Shown in pieces: positions 1 to 8,548 of a stretch of DNA of 17,212 nucleotides. The notes below the pieces were generated by a model, which saw nothing but the letters and a program-made list of their open reading frames with translations, did not search any database and was not told the DNA's origin. The stretch comes from Deinococcaceae bacterium. Lineage in GTDB: Bacteria; Deinococcota; Deinococci; Deinococcales; Trueperaceae. Position 1 is the first letter of the stretch. Each line of letters starts with the position of its first letter. Made by a program: the position numbers and the translations under genes. The stretch spans positions 1,923 through 19,134 of the forward strand of contig JBDZWC010000050.1 in assembly GCA_040256005.1 (NCBI GenBank). The letters run 5' to 3'.

Positions 1-653
1 TAGTTGCGCGCCCCCGTGTTCACGTCGGGCACCCTCCACACCCCGGTCTCGGGGTTCAAGACGATCCTCAGCGTGTAGGCCGCCTCCAGCTGGCTCATGA
101 GGCGCTCCAGCTCACCGAGTGCCGACCGGGCGGCGTCTGAGTCGCCGCGGTCCAGCGCCAGCTGCGCCTGCCTGTGCAGATCGTTGGCGCGCGAGCTGGC
201 CTCCGGCACCTCGGAGAGCGCCAGTACCGCTGCTCTCGTCTCGCTGAGGTCGTTGGCCAGGGCGCGCCGCGGCGCCCGCACCGCGGCGTCGTATCCGAAC
301 AGCGCCACCGCGACCAGGAGCACCAGCCCGAGGAGCCCGGCGGCGTAGCGCCCTCGCCTGACCCAGAGGAGCGCCCAGCGTCGTGCACCCGGCGACCCTT
401 TGGGCGTGTAGACGAAGCGGTTCTCCTTGAGGGCCTCGACCCCCTCGGTGAGGATGCGGTCCGGGACGTCGATGCCCTGGGCGGCGTAGATCTCGCGCAG
501 GCGCTCGACCATGTCCTCGTCGCGGGCTCCGGCCGCCAGCTCCTTGGCGATCAGGTGCTCGCGGTGGCGCAGGGTGTCCACCACGTCCATCGCCAACATG
601 ACCTCGTCGAGCTGGACGGGCTCGGTACGAGCCTGTGCCGGGTCGTCTGCCAT
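1..653 (-). CDS. DUF6384-like membrane-anchored protein (3' end runs off the window)
   Basis: Not in the ORF track; translated by hand from ATG at 653: MADDPAQARTEPVQLDEVMLAMDVVDTLRHREHLIAKEL...LREIYAAQGIDVPDRILTEGVEALKENRFVYTP, then one hydrophobic helix (YAAGLLGLVLLVAVALFGY) and ...TGVWRVPDVNTGARN. The frame is open to the window edge. The LDEVMLAMDVVDTLRH motif is recognised as DUF6384-like. It starts 9 nt after the stop of the upstream gene. Confidence 0.8.
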   Translation of the reverse strand, partial: MADDPAQARTEPVQLDEVMLAMDVVDTLRHREHLIAKELAAGARDEDMVERLREIYAAQGIDVPDRILTEGVEALKENRFVYTPKGSPGARRWALLWVRRGRYAAGLLGLVLLVAVALFGYDAAVRAPRRALANDLSETRAAVLALSEVPEASSRANDLHRQAQLALDRGDSDAARSALGELERLMSQLEAAYTLRIVLNPETGVWRVPDVNTGARN

Positions 654-662
654 CTACCCCCG

Positions 663-1889
663 CTAGGCCGTCTGCTCGGCCAGTTGCGCACCGTCGCGCG
701 CGAGCTTGGCGAGGCGGCGCTTGCCGTCCTCGACGGCGTCGCGGATCTCGGCGGCGTTCTGCGTCGCCTGCTGGCGCATGTCCGCGATGATCTCGCGGCT
801 GCGCTCCTGGTACGCCACGACGGAGTCCACCAGCTTCTTGACGGCGTCGGCCCTGACCGTGGGGCCGTAGCCGGCCTTCAGGGCTTCTTCCTGGATCTTG
901 CCGCCGATCTCGGAGAGCGTCTCGAGGGAGCGGCTCACGCCCTCCTTCATCGCCTCCACGGTGCGGGTGGCCTCGTGCAGGCCGAACATGCCCGTGAACG
1001 ACGCCGACAGGGCGGTGAGCACGGTCTCGTTCGTGCTGAAGAAGCTGACGGCCTGCGCCCTCACCCGCTCCTTGGCGGTGGTCGTCTGCATGAGCCGGGC
1101 CATGACGACCTCGGAGGTGTTGTACGAGATCGTGAGGTTGTCCGACAGGTCCTTCGCGATCTGGTAGCGGGCGTCCGAGTTCTGCAGCGCGCGCACGGCC
1201 TCGTCACGCGCCAGCTCGAGCCGGGCGCGCTCGGCCGGGTCCTCGCCGGCGTAGGCCTCGACCTCGGCGTTGCGGGCCGCGACGAGCTCCTGAGCAGTGG
1301 CGACCTCGGCCTCCGCCTTCTTCAGGACCTCGAAAGCCAGCACCTCGGACTGCTTCAACGCGCCGCGGAAGTCCTGGTACGACTCCAGGATCAGCCGCTC
1401 GCGGCGGATCTGATCCTGGGCGTCCGTGGTGACGTCCAGGTAGGTCTTCTTGATCTTGTCGAAGCGGTCTGCGATATCGCCGCGGGTGAACTTCATCCAC
1501 ATGTTCGTCAGGCGCTCGAACGTCGTGATCTTGCCGTCCTCGATCTGGTCGACCAGCCCTTTGGCGTCGTCGCGGATGGAGTTGAAAGACTGAGCGATCT
1601 GCTCGTAACGCGTGCCGATGTTCATGGCCTCGACCTGCTCGCGGACGACGTCGTTGAACAGCGAGGCCTGCGCCAGGGTCCGGGTGATGGCGACGATGCG
1701 CTCCTCGTCGAGGTCGCTGATCTGCTGCAACAGGGCGACGATGGGTGCGTCCTGCGTGCCGGCGTCCTTGGGGACGAGTCCCAGGTCCCGCAGGGCGTTC
1801 ATCGCCTTGTCCAGGTAGCGCATGGGGGTGAGGCCGCCGGCTGGGGTCGCCTCGGCCGTGGCTGCGGTGGTGGCAGGTTCGTCCTTCAT
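663..1889 (-). CDS. TelA/toxic-anion-resistance-like coiled-coil protein (often annotated 'cell surface protein')
   Basis: 408-aa all-helical, charged ORF with strong GC3 bias. GGAGG RBS upstream of ATG 1889. Operonic with the DUF6384-like gene. Family assignment is from recalled similarity. Confidence 0.65.
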   Translation of the reverse strand: MKDEPATTAATAEATPAGGLTPMRYLDKAMNALRDLGLVPKDAGTQDAPIVALLQQISDLDEERIVAITRTLAQASLFNDVVREQVEAMNIGTRYEQIAQSFNSIRDDAKGLVDQIEDGKITTFERLTNMWMKFTRGDIADRFDKIKKTYLDVTTDAQDQIRRERLILESYQDFRGALKQSEVLAFEVLKKAEAEVATAQELVAARNAEVEAYAGEDPAERARLELARDEAVRALQNSDARYQIAKDLSDNLTISYNTSEVVMARLMQTTTAKERVRAQAVSFFSTNETVLTALSASFTGMFGLHEATRTVEAMKEGVSRSLETLSEIGGKIQEEALKAGYGPTVRADAVKKLVDSVVAYQERSREIIADMRQQATQNAAEIRDAVEDGKRRLAKLARDGAQLAEQTA

Positions 1890-1940
1890 CGTCAGTCTTC
1901 CTCCCTGAAGCGAGCCCCGGTTGCCGGGCGAGGGAACACG

Positions 1941-1968
1941 ATCATAGGACCTGTGGGTGAGGTATCAG
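1941..1968 (-). promoter_or_regulatory. Candidate sigma70-type promoter for the TelA-like/DUF6384 operon
   Basis: On the minus strand, CTGATA (1968-1963), a 16-nt spacer, then TATGAT (1946-1941), about 50 nt upstream of the ATG. Confidence 0.5.
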
Positions 1969-2762
1969 CCCGCCGCGGTGTGGTCGTCGAGCACGCGGTA
2001 GATACCCTTCACGGCGCCCGGCCAGCGGTTGGCCGCCTGCGGCAACGCCGCGAAGCGCTCCGGCGCGGGCTCGTTGGCGGCGTCCTCCACCGGTACGCCC
2101 GCCGAGTACCTGTTCTTGACCGACTCGAAGACGTCTTCGATGAGCCGTCTCTGCCAGTCGAGGGTGCGCGCGTCGCCGACCGGGCCGTGGCCCGGGATGA
2201 CGTGGCGCGGCTCCAGCCGCTGCAGCCGGTCCAGGGCCAGGAGCCACCTCTGGACGTCCTCGCGTATGAGCGGGAACAGGCCGTTGAAGACCACGTCACC
2301 GGTGACCGCGACGCCCTCCGACGGCAACCATACGAAGCTGTCGCCCTTCGAATGGGCGGGGCCGACGTACGTGACCTGGGCCTCCACCCCGCCGAGGTCC
2401 AAAGCGTGCGTGTCATCGAACGCCACGTCCGGCCGCACCAGGTCCTGGGTCGCCAGGCTGGCGTGCGCGATCACCGTGGCGCCGGGGAAGGCCGCGTTGC
2501 CTCCCACGTGGTCCCTGTCGCCGTGGGTGTTGATGACGTACTCAACGGCCCGTCCGCCCATCTCCTCGGCCCTCGCCCGCACCGGCTCGAGCAGCTCGGT
2601 CGATATCATCGTGTCGATCACCAGCGTGGCGTCGTTACCCACCACGACCGTGCTGTTCGACAGGGCGCGGTCGCCCTCTACCGGTCCCAGGCCGACGACG
2701 ACCCTGTCTGTGACCCCCTCGAGCAGCACGGGCCTGTCGCCTCCCAACGGTGCGCTAGCCAT
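1965..2762 (-). CDS. MBL-fold metallo-hydrolase (cyclase-like subgroup)
   Basis: Motifs LVIDT, NTHGDRDHVGGN (HxHxDH variant), AHSKGD, TGD and IPGHG appear in canonical MBL order. Confidence 0.85.
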   Translation of the reverse strand: MASAPLGGDRPVLLEGVTDRVVVGLGPVEGDRALSNSTVVVGNDATLVIDTMISTELLEPVRARAEEMGGRAVEYVINTHGDRDHVGGNAAFPGATVIAHASLATQDLVRPDVAFDDTHALDLGGVEAQVTYVGPAHSKGDSFVWLPSEGVAVTGDVVFNGLFPLIREDVQRWLLALDRLQRLEPRHVIPGHGPVGDARTLDWQRRLIEDVFESVKNRYSAGVPVEDAANEPAPERFAALPQAANRWPGAVKGIYRVLDDHTAAG

Positions 2763-2770
2763 GTCGCGTC

Positions 2771-2813
2771 AGGTTAGCGCCCCAGAGTGAGAGCGCGGGT
2801 CACGCTGTAACCT
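2771..2813. promoter_or_regulatory. Back-to-back -10 elements (TAACCT on each strand) of divergent, probably leaderless genes
   Basis: Minus-strand TAACCT (2776-2771) lies 8 nt before ATG 2762. Plus-strand TAACCT (2808-2813) lies 7 nt before GTG 2821. Neither start has an SD. Confidence 0.6.
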
Positions 2814-2820
2814 CGTCGGC

Positions 2821-5715
2821 GTGACCCACACGGCTGCGCCCCTCACGGGCGATTTCTTCGGCCGCGACGAGGAACTCGGCAGGCTGCTGTCGCAGTGGGA
2901 GCGCGTCAGGGCGGGCGACGGTCCGAGGGTCGTCGTCCTCCTGGCCGAGCCCGGGCTCGGCAAGACGCGGCTGGCGCAGGAGCTCTACCGCCGCCTGGTC
3001 GTCACCGAGCAGGGTGGGACCGGCTACTGGCCGCACGAGCTGGGGGCCGAAGGCGACAACCTCAGGGTGAACCCCGACGTGGGGACGTGTGACGCGGCCG
3101 CCGAACTGCCGTTCTTGTGGTGGGGCGTGCGGCTCACGGACCCTGACGGCCACAACCAGGTCGTCTCCGGCGTTCTGCCGGGCCACGTGGACCAGTACCT
3201 GGTCCCGCACCTCGAGCCGTTCCAGCGCGCGTTGCGGCGCCGACGGCTCCTGGGGAAGGTGGCGAAGATGGGCGGCCTGATGGCGGCGGACGTGGTGGCC
3301 GACGTCGTGCCGTTCCTGGGGCTCGTGAAGAAGGTCGGTGAGATCGGCCTGGAGGTGAAGGGCCTGCATGACGAGTGGCGTCGGGACGCCGGTCCTGTCG
3401 ACGTCGCCGCCGTGGCCGGCGCCAGGCGCACGTCGCTGGCCGAGCAGGTCGTGACCGACCTGGGCGTGCTGTTCGGGGCGGGTACCGGTGTCCCCGCCGT
3501 CCTGCTGCTCGACGACCTGCAGTTCTCCTACGCCGACCCTGGCGTCACCGCCTTCGTGGAGCGCTTGTCGCCGGAGATGCGGTCGGGCCGGTGGCCCCTC
3601 CTGGTGGTGGCGACGCACTGGGTGCGTGAGTGGCGAGCCGCCGGCGGTGAGGTCGACCCCGACGGCACGCCTCCGTCACCCGCGGCCGTCGTGCTCTCGA
3701 ACCTGGCGCGGGAGGCGCCGGACCTGGTCGAGGTGGTGGAGCTCGGACCCGTGCGAGACCTCGCACCGGCGCTGCGGCGGGCGTTGCCGGGACTCACTCC
3801 CCCGCAGTCACGGGCGCTGCTGGAGCGCTCGGGAGGCAACCCACGTCTCCTCGACGAGCTGTTGCGCTACGCGCAGACGCAGCGGGGTCGCGGTCTGTTC
3901 GCCGGTCGGGACCCCACCGGCCCGCTGACGGACAGGGGGCTCGAGGAGCTCCTCGGCCGCGGCTCCCGACTGGAGGAGATCGTCGGTCGGCGCTTCGACG
4001 AGGCGCCCGAAGGCGTTCAGCGTGCGTTGGCGCTGGCGGCGCTGCAGGGTCAGGAGTTCGAGGCGTGGCTGGTGGCTCACGCGGCCCACAGGCTGGCGGG
4101 CGACGAGCCAGGCGCCACGGACAGGGCGCTGCAGGCAGCCGCGAACCCGCACGCCATGACCGCGTGGCTGGCCCGGACACGGGCGGCGTTCGCTCAGCGG
4201 GTATACCGCTCCGTCGCGTTGGAGGCCCTGCGCGGCTGGTTCGACGAGGACGAGGCGGCCGAGGCGCTCGCCACCGTGCTGAGGGACTGCCTGCACCAGC
4301 GCGTGCCCGTGCCCGAGGACGAGAGGAGCGTCAGGGGGTTGATGGCGGCGGCCGTCGCCGCGTTCGAAGACCGCCCCGAGGACGCCAAGTACGCGGCCGT
4401 CGCCTTGCACTGGCTGGTCAAGGACGCCTCTGCCGCGGGGGACCTGCACGGGGCCGCCGCACTGGCGCGACGCTTGGCGCTGGTGCTGGAGACCCTCGGC
4501 GACGACCAGGACGGCGACCTGTCGTGGCTACGCGACGCACAGAACGCTCTCGCCATGGTGGGCGACACGGACGCCAGGCGGCCTCTCCTGGCCCGACTCC
4601 TGCGCCTGGCCGGCGACGCACATGACGAGGCGGTCACCGCCTGGACCGTGCCGCTGTACCTCAACGCCCTGCTCGACGTAGCCGACTTCCAGCGCGGCGC
4701 GGGCGATGACGAGCGTGCCGACGAGGCCATGAACATGGCAGTGAAGGTGCTGGTCGAGGCGCAGGGCCAGGTCCCCGAGGACGACGTGGCCGTCGTGGCC
4801 GCCGCCGTCAGGGTGCACGAGGCCGTGGCGGTCTGGCATGCCGCACGCGGTCAGGTGGCGGAGGCGGTCGAGCTCCAGGAGAACGCGCTCGCGCTCACCC
4901 AGCGCGTCGCGGAGCTCGACCCTGGTCCCGACCGCGCCGTGCACCTGGCCAACGCGCGCCTGGAGCTGGCCCGCGCCAGGATGGGCGCCGTGCGGCCGGA
5001 AGAGGCCGAGGAGCTGATCCAGGCCGCTCTGAGCGACCTCCGTGCCTGGCTGGCGGGCCGGACCGACGTGGGGGTGGAGTCGAGCCTCAGGGACGCCCTT
5101 CACCTCGCCGCCCACGCAGCGAAGGCCGGCGGCGACGAGGAGGCGGCGCTGGCCCGCTTCGAGGAGGCGTTGGCGATAGACAGGCGTCATCACGACGCGG
5201 CTCCCGGTGCGCCCGGCATGGCGCGGGCGCTGGCGCGATCACTGGAGATGGTGGGGGAGCAGCGTGCTCTCACGGGCGACCTGGCAGAGGCGTGGACGCT
5301 GATGCGCGAGGCCGTGGAGCTGCGCCGCTCCGTGGCGGAGCGGAACAGCCAGGAGGCCCTATGGCTGGGCGTGAGCCTGTACCGGGCAGCCGGCGTCGCG
5401 GCACGGCGGGAGGAGCTGCCCCTGGCCCACGGACTGGCGCTTGAGGCCTTGGCGTTGCTGCGGCCCCTACAGTCGGGTCACGAGTCTTCGGCGGGCGGTG
5501 AACCGCTCGCGGCGCGCTGGCACCTGGCGAACGCCTTGTTGACAGCCGTGCAGCCCGTGCTGCGCACCGAGGGCGTCCAAGCGTGTGCAGCCCTGTTGAC
5601 CGAGGCGAGGCGGCTGGTCACGGGCGTGCCCGAGCAGGTGAGGGAGACGTTCGCAGCGTTGCTGCCGGACATCACCGCGCTCGAGGACGAGGTTCTGCCG
5701 TTCGCCGACGTCTGA
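2821..5715 (+). CDS. STAND-class (AAA_16-like) P-loop ATPase with C-terminal TPR-like repeats
   Basis: FFGRDEEL pre-motif, Walker A AEPGLGKT, Walker B LLLDDLQF, sensor LVVATHW and GxP motif SGGNP. The C-terminal half is Ala/Leu/Glu-rich helical repeats (AxxxFEEALAIDRR, AWTLMREAVELRR). Confidence 0.8.
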   Translation: MTHTAAPLTGDFFGRDEELGRLLSQWERVRAGDGPRVVVLLAEPGLGKTRLAQELYRRLVVTEQGGTGYWPHELGAEGDNLRVNPDVGTCDAAAELPFLWWGVRLTDPDGHNQVVSGVLPGHVDQYLVPHLEPFQRALRRRRLLGKVAKMGGLMAADVVADVVPFLGLVKKVGEIGLEVKGLHDEWRRDAGPVDVAAVAGARRTSLAEQVVTDLGVLFGAGTGVPAVLLLDDLQFSYADPGVTAFVERLSPEMRSGRWPLLVVATHWVREWRAAGGEVDPDGTPPSPAAVVLSNLAREAPDLVEVVELGPVRDLAPALRRALPGLTPPQSRALLERSGGNPRLLDELLRYAQTQRGRGLFAGRDPTGPLTDRGLEELLGRGSRLEEIVGRRFDEAPEGVQRALALAALQGQEFEAWLVAHAAHRLAGDEPGATDRALQAAANPHAMTAWLARTRAAFAQRVYRSVALEALRGWFDEDEAAEALATVLRDCLHQRVPVPEDERSVRGLMAAAVAAFEDRPEDAKYAAVALHWLVKDASAAGDLHGAAALARRLALVLETLGDDQDGDLSWLRDAQNALAMVGDTDARRPLLARLLRLAGDAHDEAVTAWTVPLYLNALLDVADFQRGAGDDERADEAMNMAVKVLVEAQGQVPEDDVAVVAAAVRVHEAVAVWHAARGQVAEAVELQENALALTQRVAELDPGPDRAVHLANARLELARARMGAVRPEEAEELIQAALSDLRAWLAGRTDVGVESSLRDALHLAAHAAKAGGDEEAALARFEEALAIDRRHHDAAPGAPGMARALARSLEMVGEQRALTGDLAEAWTLMREAVELRRSVAERNSQEALWLGVSLYRAAGVAARREELPLAHGLALEALALLRPLQSGHESSAGGEPLAARWHLANALLTAVQPVLRTEGVQACAALLTEARRLVTGVPEQVRETFAALLPDITALEDEVLPFADV

Positions 5716-5754
5716 GGCGCCCTCAGCCACAGGAAGACGGCGCTCGAGCGCGCC

Positions 5755-6201
5755 TCAGCGACCGCCCCTCGACCACCCCAGCACGACGACCCCGGCGCCG
5801 ATCAGCACCAACGGGAGGATCCAGCGCGCCAGTCCGCCCCACGGGTCGTTGGCCAGCACCGTGATGAAGGCCCAGGCCAGCGCGGGCCACAGCGCCCAGC
5901 GCGCACCGCCGCGCTCGCGCGGCAGCAGGTAGGCAGCCGTGAACGTCGCGGTCATGCCAAGCAGGAACACGATGCCCTCGTCCCAACGCGGGAACAGCGC
6001 GTCCACCGTGGCGGTGGCCGCCACGCTGGCGAGGACCCCGGCGGCGATGAGCGACCACGTGCTCGACCGCCTACGGCGGAACGCCCACACCCCGAGCGCC
6101 AGCGCCCACAGGACCACGGGGCCGGTGAGCCGGCCCTCGGGTACCAGTGCGATCGTCCCCACGACGAGGAGAGCGAGCCCTATCAGGCGTCCCCGGCTCA
6201 C
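5755..6201 (-). CDS. Small multi-pass membrane protein, putative two-component accessory protein
   Basis: 148 aa, almost entirely hydrophobic helices. Its GTG start overlaps the kinase TGA stop (GTGA, 6201-6198), indicating translational coupling. Confidence 0.75.
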   Translation of the reverse strand: MSRGRLIGLALLVVGTIALVPEGRLTGPVVLWALALGVWAFRRRRSSTWSLIAAGVLASVAATATVDALFPRWDEGIVFLLGMTATFTAAYLLPRERGGARWALWPALAWAFITVLANDPWGGLARWILPLVLIGAGVVVLGWSRGGR

Positions 6202-7754
6202 GCGGCTCCTACCCCCTCGAGCGGCGCCTCGACGCGGACCGTGGTGCCCGCTCCGATCGTGCTGCGCACCTGGAGCCTGCCGCCCACGGCGGCCACACGC
6301 TCGTGCATCGACGTCAACCCGAGATGACCCGGATGGGCCGTCTGGGGATCGAAGCCGACACCGTCGTCAGTGATCGTCACTACGACCCTGTCACCTTCCC
6401 TCGTGAGGCTGGCTCTCACGCGCTGCGCCTTGGCGTGCTTCGCGACGTTGTGGAGCGCTTCCTGAACGACCCTGAGCAGTTCGCGCTTGGTGGCGAACGG
6501 CAGCTCCGGCTCCTCGCCGAAGCTCGCCTCGGTGTCGACGCCGTGGCGGAGCTCGAGACCGTCTAGCTGCCTGCGCATGGCGCCGACCAGGCCCACCTCG
6601 GCCAGCTCCTCGGGCCGCAGCTCGAAGATGAGGGCGCGCATCTCGGCCAGCGCTCCTTCGGCCAGCTCGATCACGGAGTCGAGGGCCTGACCGGCCGCGG
6701 CGGGGTCGTCCTCGAGGCTGCGCCTGGCCGCGTGGCCCGAGAGCACGACGGCGTAGATCGCCTGGCTCACGGAGTCGTGCAGCTCGCGGGCGAGGTTGCG
6801 CCTCTCCTCGTCCGCCGCCTGGCCGCGCGCGCGTTCGTACAGGCGAGCGTTCTCGACGGCCACGGCGGCCTGCGCCGCCAGGCCGGCGGCCAGCTCGAGC
6901 TGCTCCTCGTCCCATCCCCGGCCCGCCGGGGCGTAGGCGTGCAAGACGCCCACCACCTGGTCTCTCGCCCGCAGCGGTAGCGCCGCCTCGTCGCGGTCCA
7001 CGACAGCGGCCTGCGCGATGCCCCTGGCCGCCGGGCGCTCCGGGTCCTCACCCAGGGCGGCGAACCCGCTGGGTGGCACGACGCCCGACGACGCCAGCGT
7101 CTTCAGGCGGCCGTCCGGCTCGATCACCATGACCTCGGCGGCGACGGCGGTGCCGGTCTCGAGGAGCCGGGCCAGCACCGCCTCCAGTTGCGGCTCGAGG
7201 TCGACGGTGATGGCGATCGTGTTCGAGAGCTCGAGCAGCGCCCTGAGCTCGGCGGTGCGCGCGGCGACCCGCGCCTCCAACCTGTCCTGCGCCGACGACA
7301 GCGCCTCGGCCATGGTGTCGAACGAGCGCGCCAGCTCACCGATCTCGGAGGCGTCCTGCACGTCGGTGCGCGCCCTGAGGTCGCCGCCTGCTAGCGCCCG
7401 CGTGGTCGCCGTGAGCCGCGCGATGGGGTCGGCGAGGAGCGAGCGCGAGAACGACGTGGCGGCGAGGAGCGTCACGGCGACGACGACCGCGAGGTTGACG
7501 AGCGTGCTGCGCAGGACGGCCGCCGCGGCCTGGGCGTCCAGCGCGTCCTGCCCGGCGAGCGCTCCCAGGCCCTCGAGCCCGGGCTCGATCTCGACGCCGG
7601 TGCGCAGCCTGACGACCTCGGCCAGCGCCCGCCACAGGAGTACGCCCATCGCCACGGTCAGGACCGCGACGACGCCGAGGAGCAGCAGCGTCAGCCTGGT
7701 GGAGAGGCGCTGGTGCCAGGGCACCGCCGGCTGTGGCTGCGCCGGGTCAACCAC
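6198..7754 (-). CDS. Sensor histidine kinase, NarX/LiaS type (2 TM, HAMP, GAF, HisKA_3, HATPase_c)
   Basis: H-box ERRNLARELHDSVSQ, N-box VVQEALHNVAKHA, G boxes DDGVGFD and GHLGL, HAMP (PIARL...EIGELARSFDTMA) and GAF (LPLRARDQVVGVL...QAAVAVENARLY). Start set at GTG 7754, overlapping the regulator stop, rather than 7775. Confidence 0.92.
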   Translation of the reverse strand: MVDPAQPQPAVPWHQRLSTRLTLLLLGVVAVLTVAMGVLLWRALAEVVRLRTGVEIEPGLEGLGALAGQDALDAQAAAAVLRSTLVNLAVVVAVTLLAATSFSRSLLADPIARLTATTRALAGGDLRARTDVQDASEIGELARSFDTMAEALSSAQDRLEARVAARTAELRALLELSNTIAITVDLEPQLEAVLARLLETGTAVAAEVMVIEPDGRLKTLASSGVVPPSGFAALGEDPERPAARGIAQAAVVDRDEAALPLRARDQVVGVLHAYAPAGRGWDEEQLELAAGLAAQAAVAVENARLYERARGQAADEERRNLARELHDSVSQAIYAVVLSGHAARRSLEDDPAAAGQALDSVIELAEGALAEMRALIFELRPEELAEVGLVGAMRRQLDGLELRHGVDTEASFGEEPELPFATKRELLRVVQEALHNVAKHAKAQRVRASLTREGDRVVVTITDDGVGFDPQTAHPGHLGLTSMHERVAAVGGRLQVRSTIGAGTTVRVEAPLEGVGAA

Positions 7755-8388
7755 TTCTCTCGACCAACCCCTCACGCAGCGCGTGGAGGGCGGCCTGGGT
7801 GCGGCTCCTGACGCCCAGCTTCGCGAGGAGGTTGGACACGTGCGACTTCACGGTCGCCTCCGCCACGTCGAGGCGCTGCGCGATCGCCTTGTTCGTGAGG
7901 CCGCGGGCTATCAGCCTCAGGACCTCGGTCTCCCTGTCGGTGAGGGGCTCCTCGAGCTTGGGCGTCCGCATCTCCCGTACGAGCCGCGCCTGCGCCCTGG
8001 GGTCGAGGCGGACCTCGCCCCTGGCGGCGGCCCTCACCGCATCGAACAGGTCATCGGGTCTCGACTCCTTCAGCATGTACCCAGCCGCCCCGGCCTCGAC
8101 GACGTCGACGACCATGCGGTCCTCCAACACGGACGTGAGGGCCACCACCTCGACCTCAGGGAACCGCGCGCGCAGCTCCCGCGTGGCCTCCACCCCGTCC
8201 ATGACGGGCATGAGCAGGTCCATCACGACGACGTCGGGCTGCAGCTCCGCCACCAGGTCGAGCGCCTCGCGACCGTTGGCCGCTTCGCCGACGACCGCGA
8301 GGTCGGGCTCCAGACCGAAGGCCAGACGGAGGCCCTTCCTCACCACGGTGTGGTCGTCTACCAGCAGGACACGGACCGTCTCGCTCAT
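7747..8388 (-). CDS. NarL/LuxR-family response regulator
   Basis: Receiver VLLVDDH...VVVMDLLMPVMDG...LTS...GYMLK, plus LuxR HTH LTDRETEVLRLIARGLTNKAIA...TVKSHVSNLLAKL. GGAGA RBS. Confidence 0.95.
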   Translation of the reverse strand: MSETVRVLLVDDHTVVRKGLRLAFGLEPDLAVVGEAANGREALDLVAELQPDVVVMDLLMPVMDGVEATRELRARFPEVEVVALTSVLEDRMVVDVVEAGAAGYMLKESRPDDLFDAVRAAARGEVRLDPRAQARLVREMRTPKLEEPLTDRETEVLRLIARGLTNKAIAQRLDVAEATVKSHVSNLLAKLGVRSRTQAALHALREGLVERSG

Positions 8389-8432
8389 GGGGATCTCCGG
8401 CCCCAGGGTACCCCCGTGCCGAGCGAGAGACG

Positions 8433-8524
8433 TCCTACTTTGGATGGAGAAGGCCGTAGTGCATGAGGACCACTGCCGGGTGGACTTAGTTCTCTACTGC
8501 TGGCGGGCTGCCGCGCCATACGCT
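8433..8524 (+). promoter_or_regulatory. Candidate response-regulator-dependent promoter: two imperfect 7-2-7 inverted repeats and a -10 element
   Basis: TCCTACT-TT-GGATGGA (8433-8448) and TAGTGCA-TG-AGGACCA (8457-8472), each with 4 of 7 positions complementary, then TACGCT at 8519-8524. There is no good -35. Confidence 0.4.
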
Positions 8525-8548
8525 CGTCAGGCGAAGAAGGAGGAGGGC

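Noticed and set aside
1915..1928. CCCGG-TTG-CCGGG hairpin in the leader of the TelA-like gene as a riboswitch
   Set aside because: A single 5-bp stem in a leader of about 45 nt, with no recognisable aptamer.
174..2777. 867-aa plus-strand ORF
   Set aside because: It is the antisense shadow of three well-supported minus-strand genes. Stop-free antisense frames are expected with high GC3, and it has no recognisable motifs.
5712..5758. Inverted repeat CTGAGG-CGC-CCTCAG and CTGAGGCGC...GCGCCTCAG between convergent genes as a terminator
   Set aside because: The stems are short in very GC-rich DNA and there is no U-tract on either strand, so it is not called.
7018..8548. ORF 7018..8466 and the N-terminal 272 codons of ORF 7733..9376
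   Set aside because: They are antisense to the kinase and regulator and Ser/Arg/Ala-rich. The real gene starts at ATG 8549 after a strong RBS.
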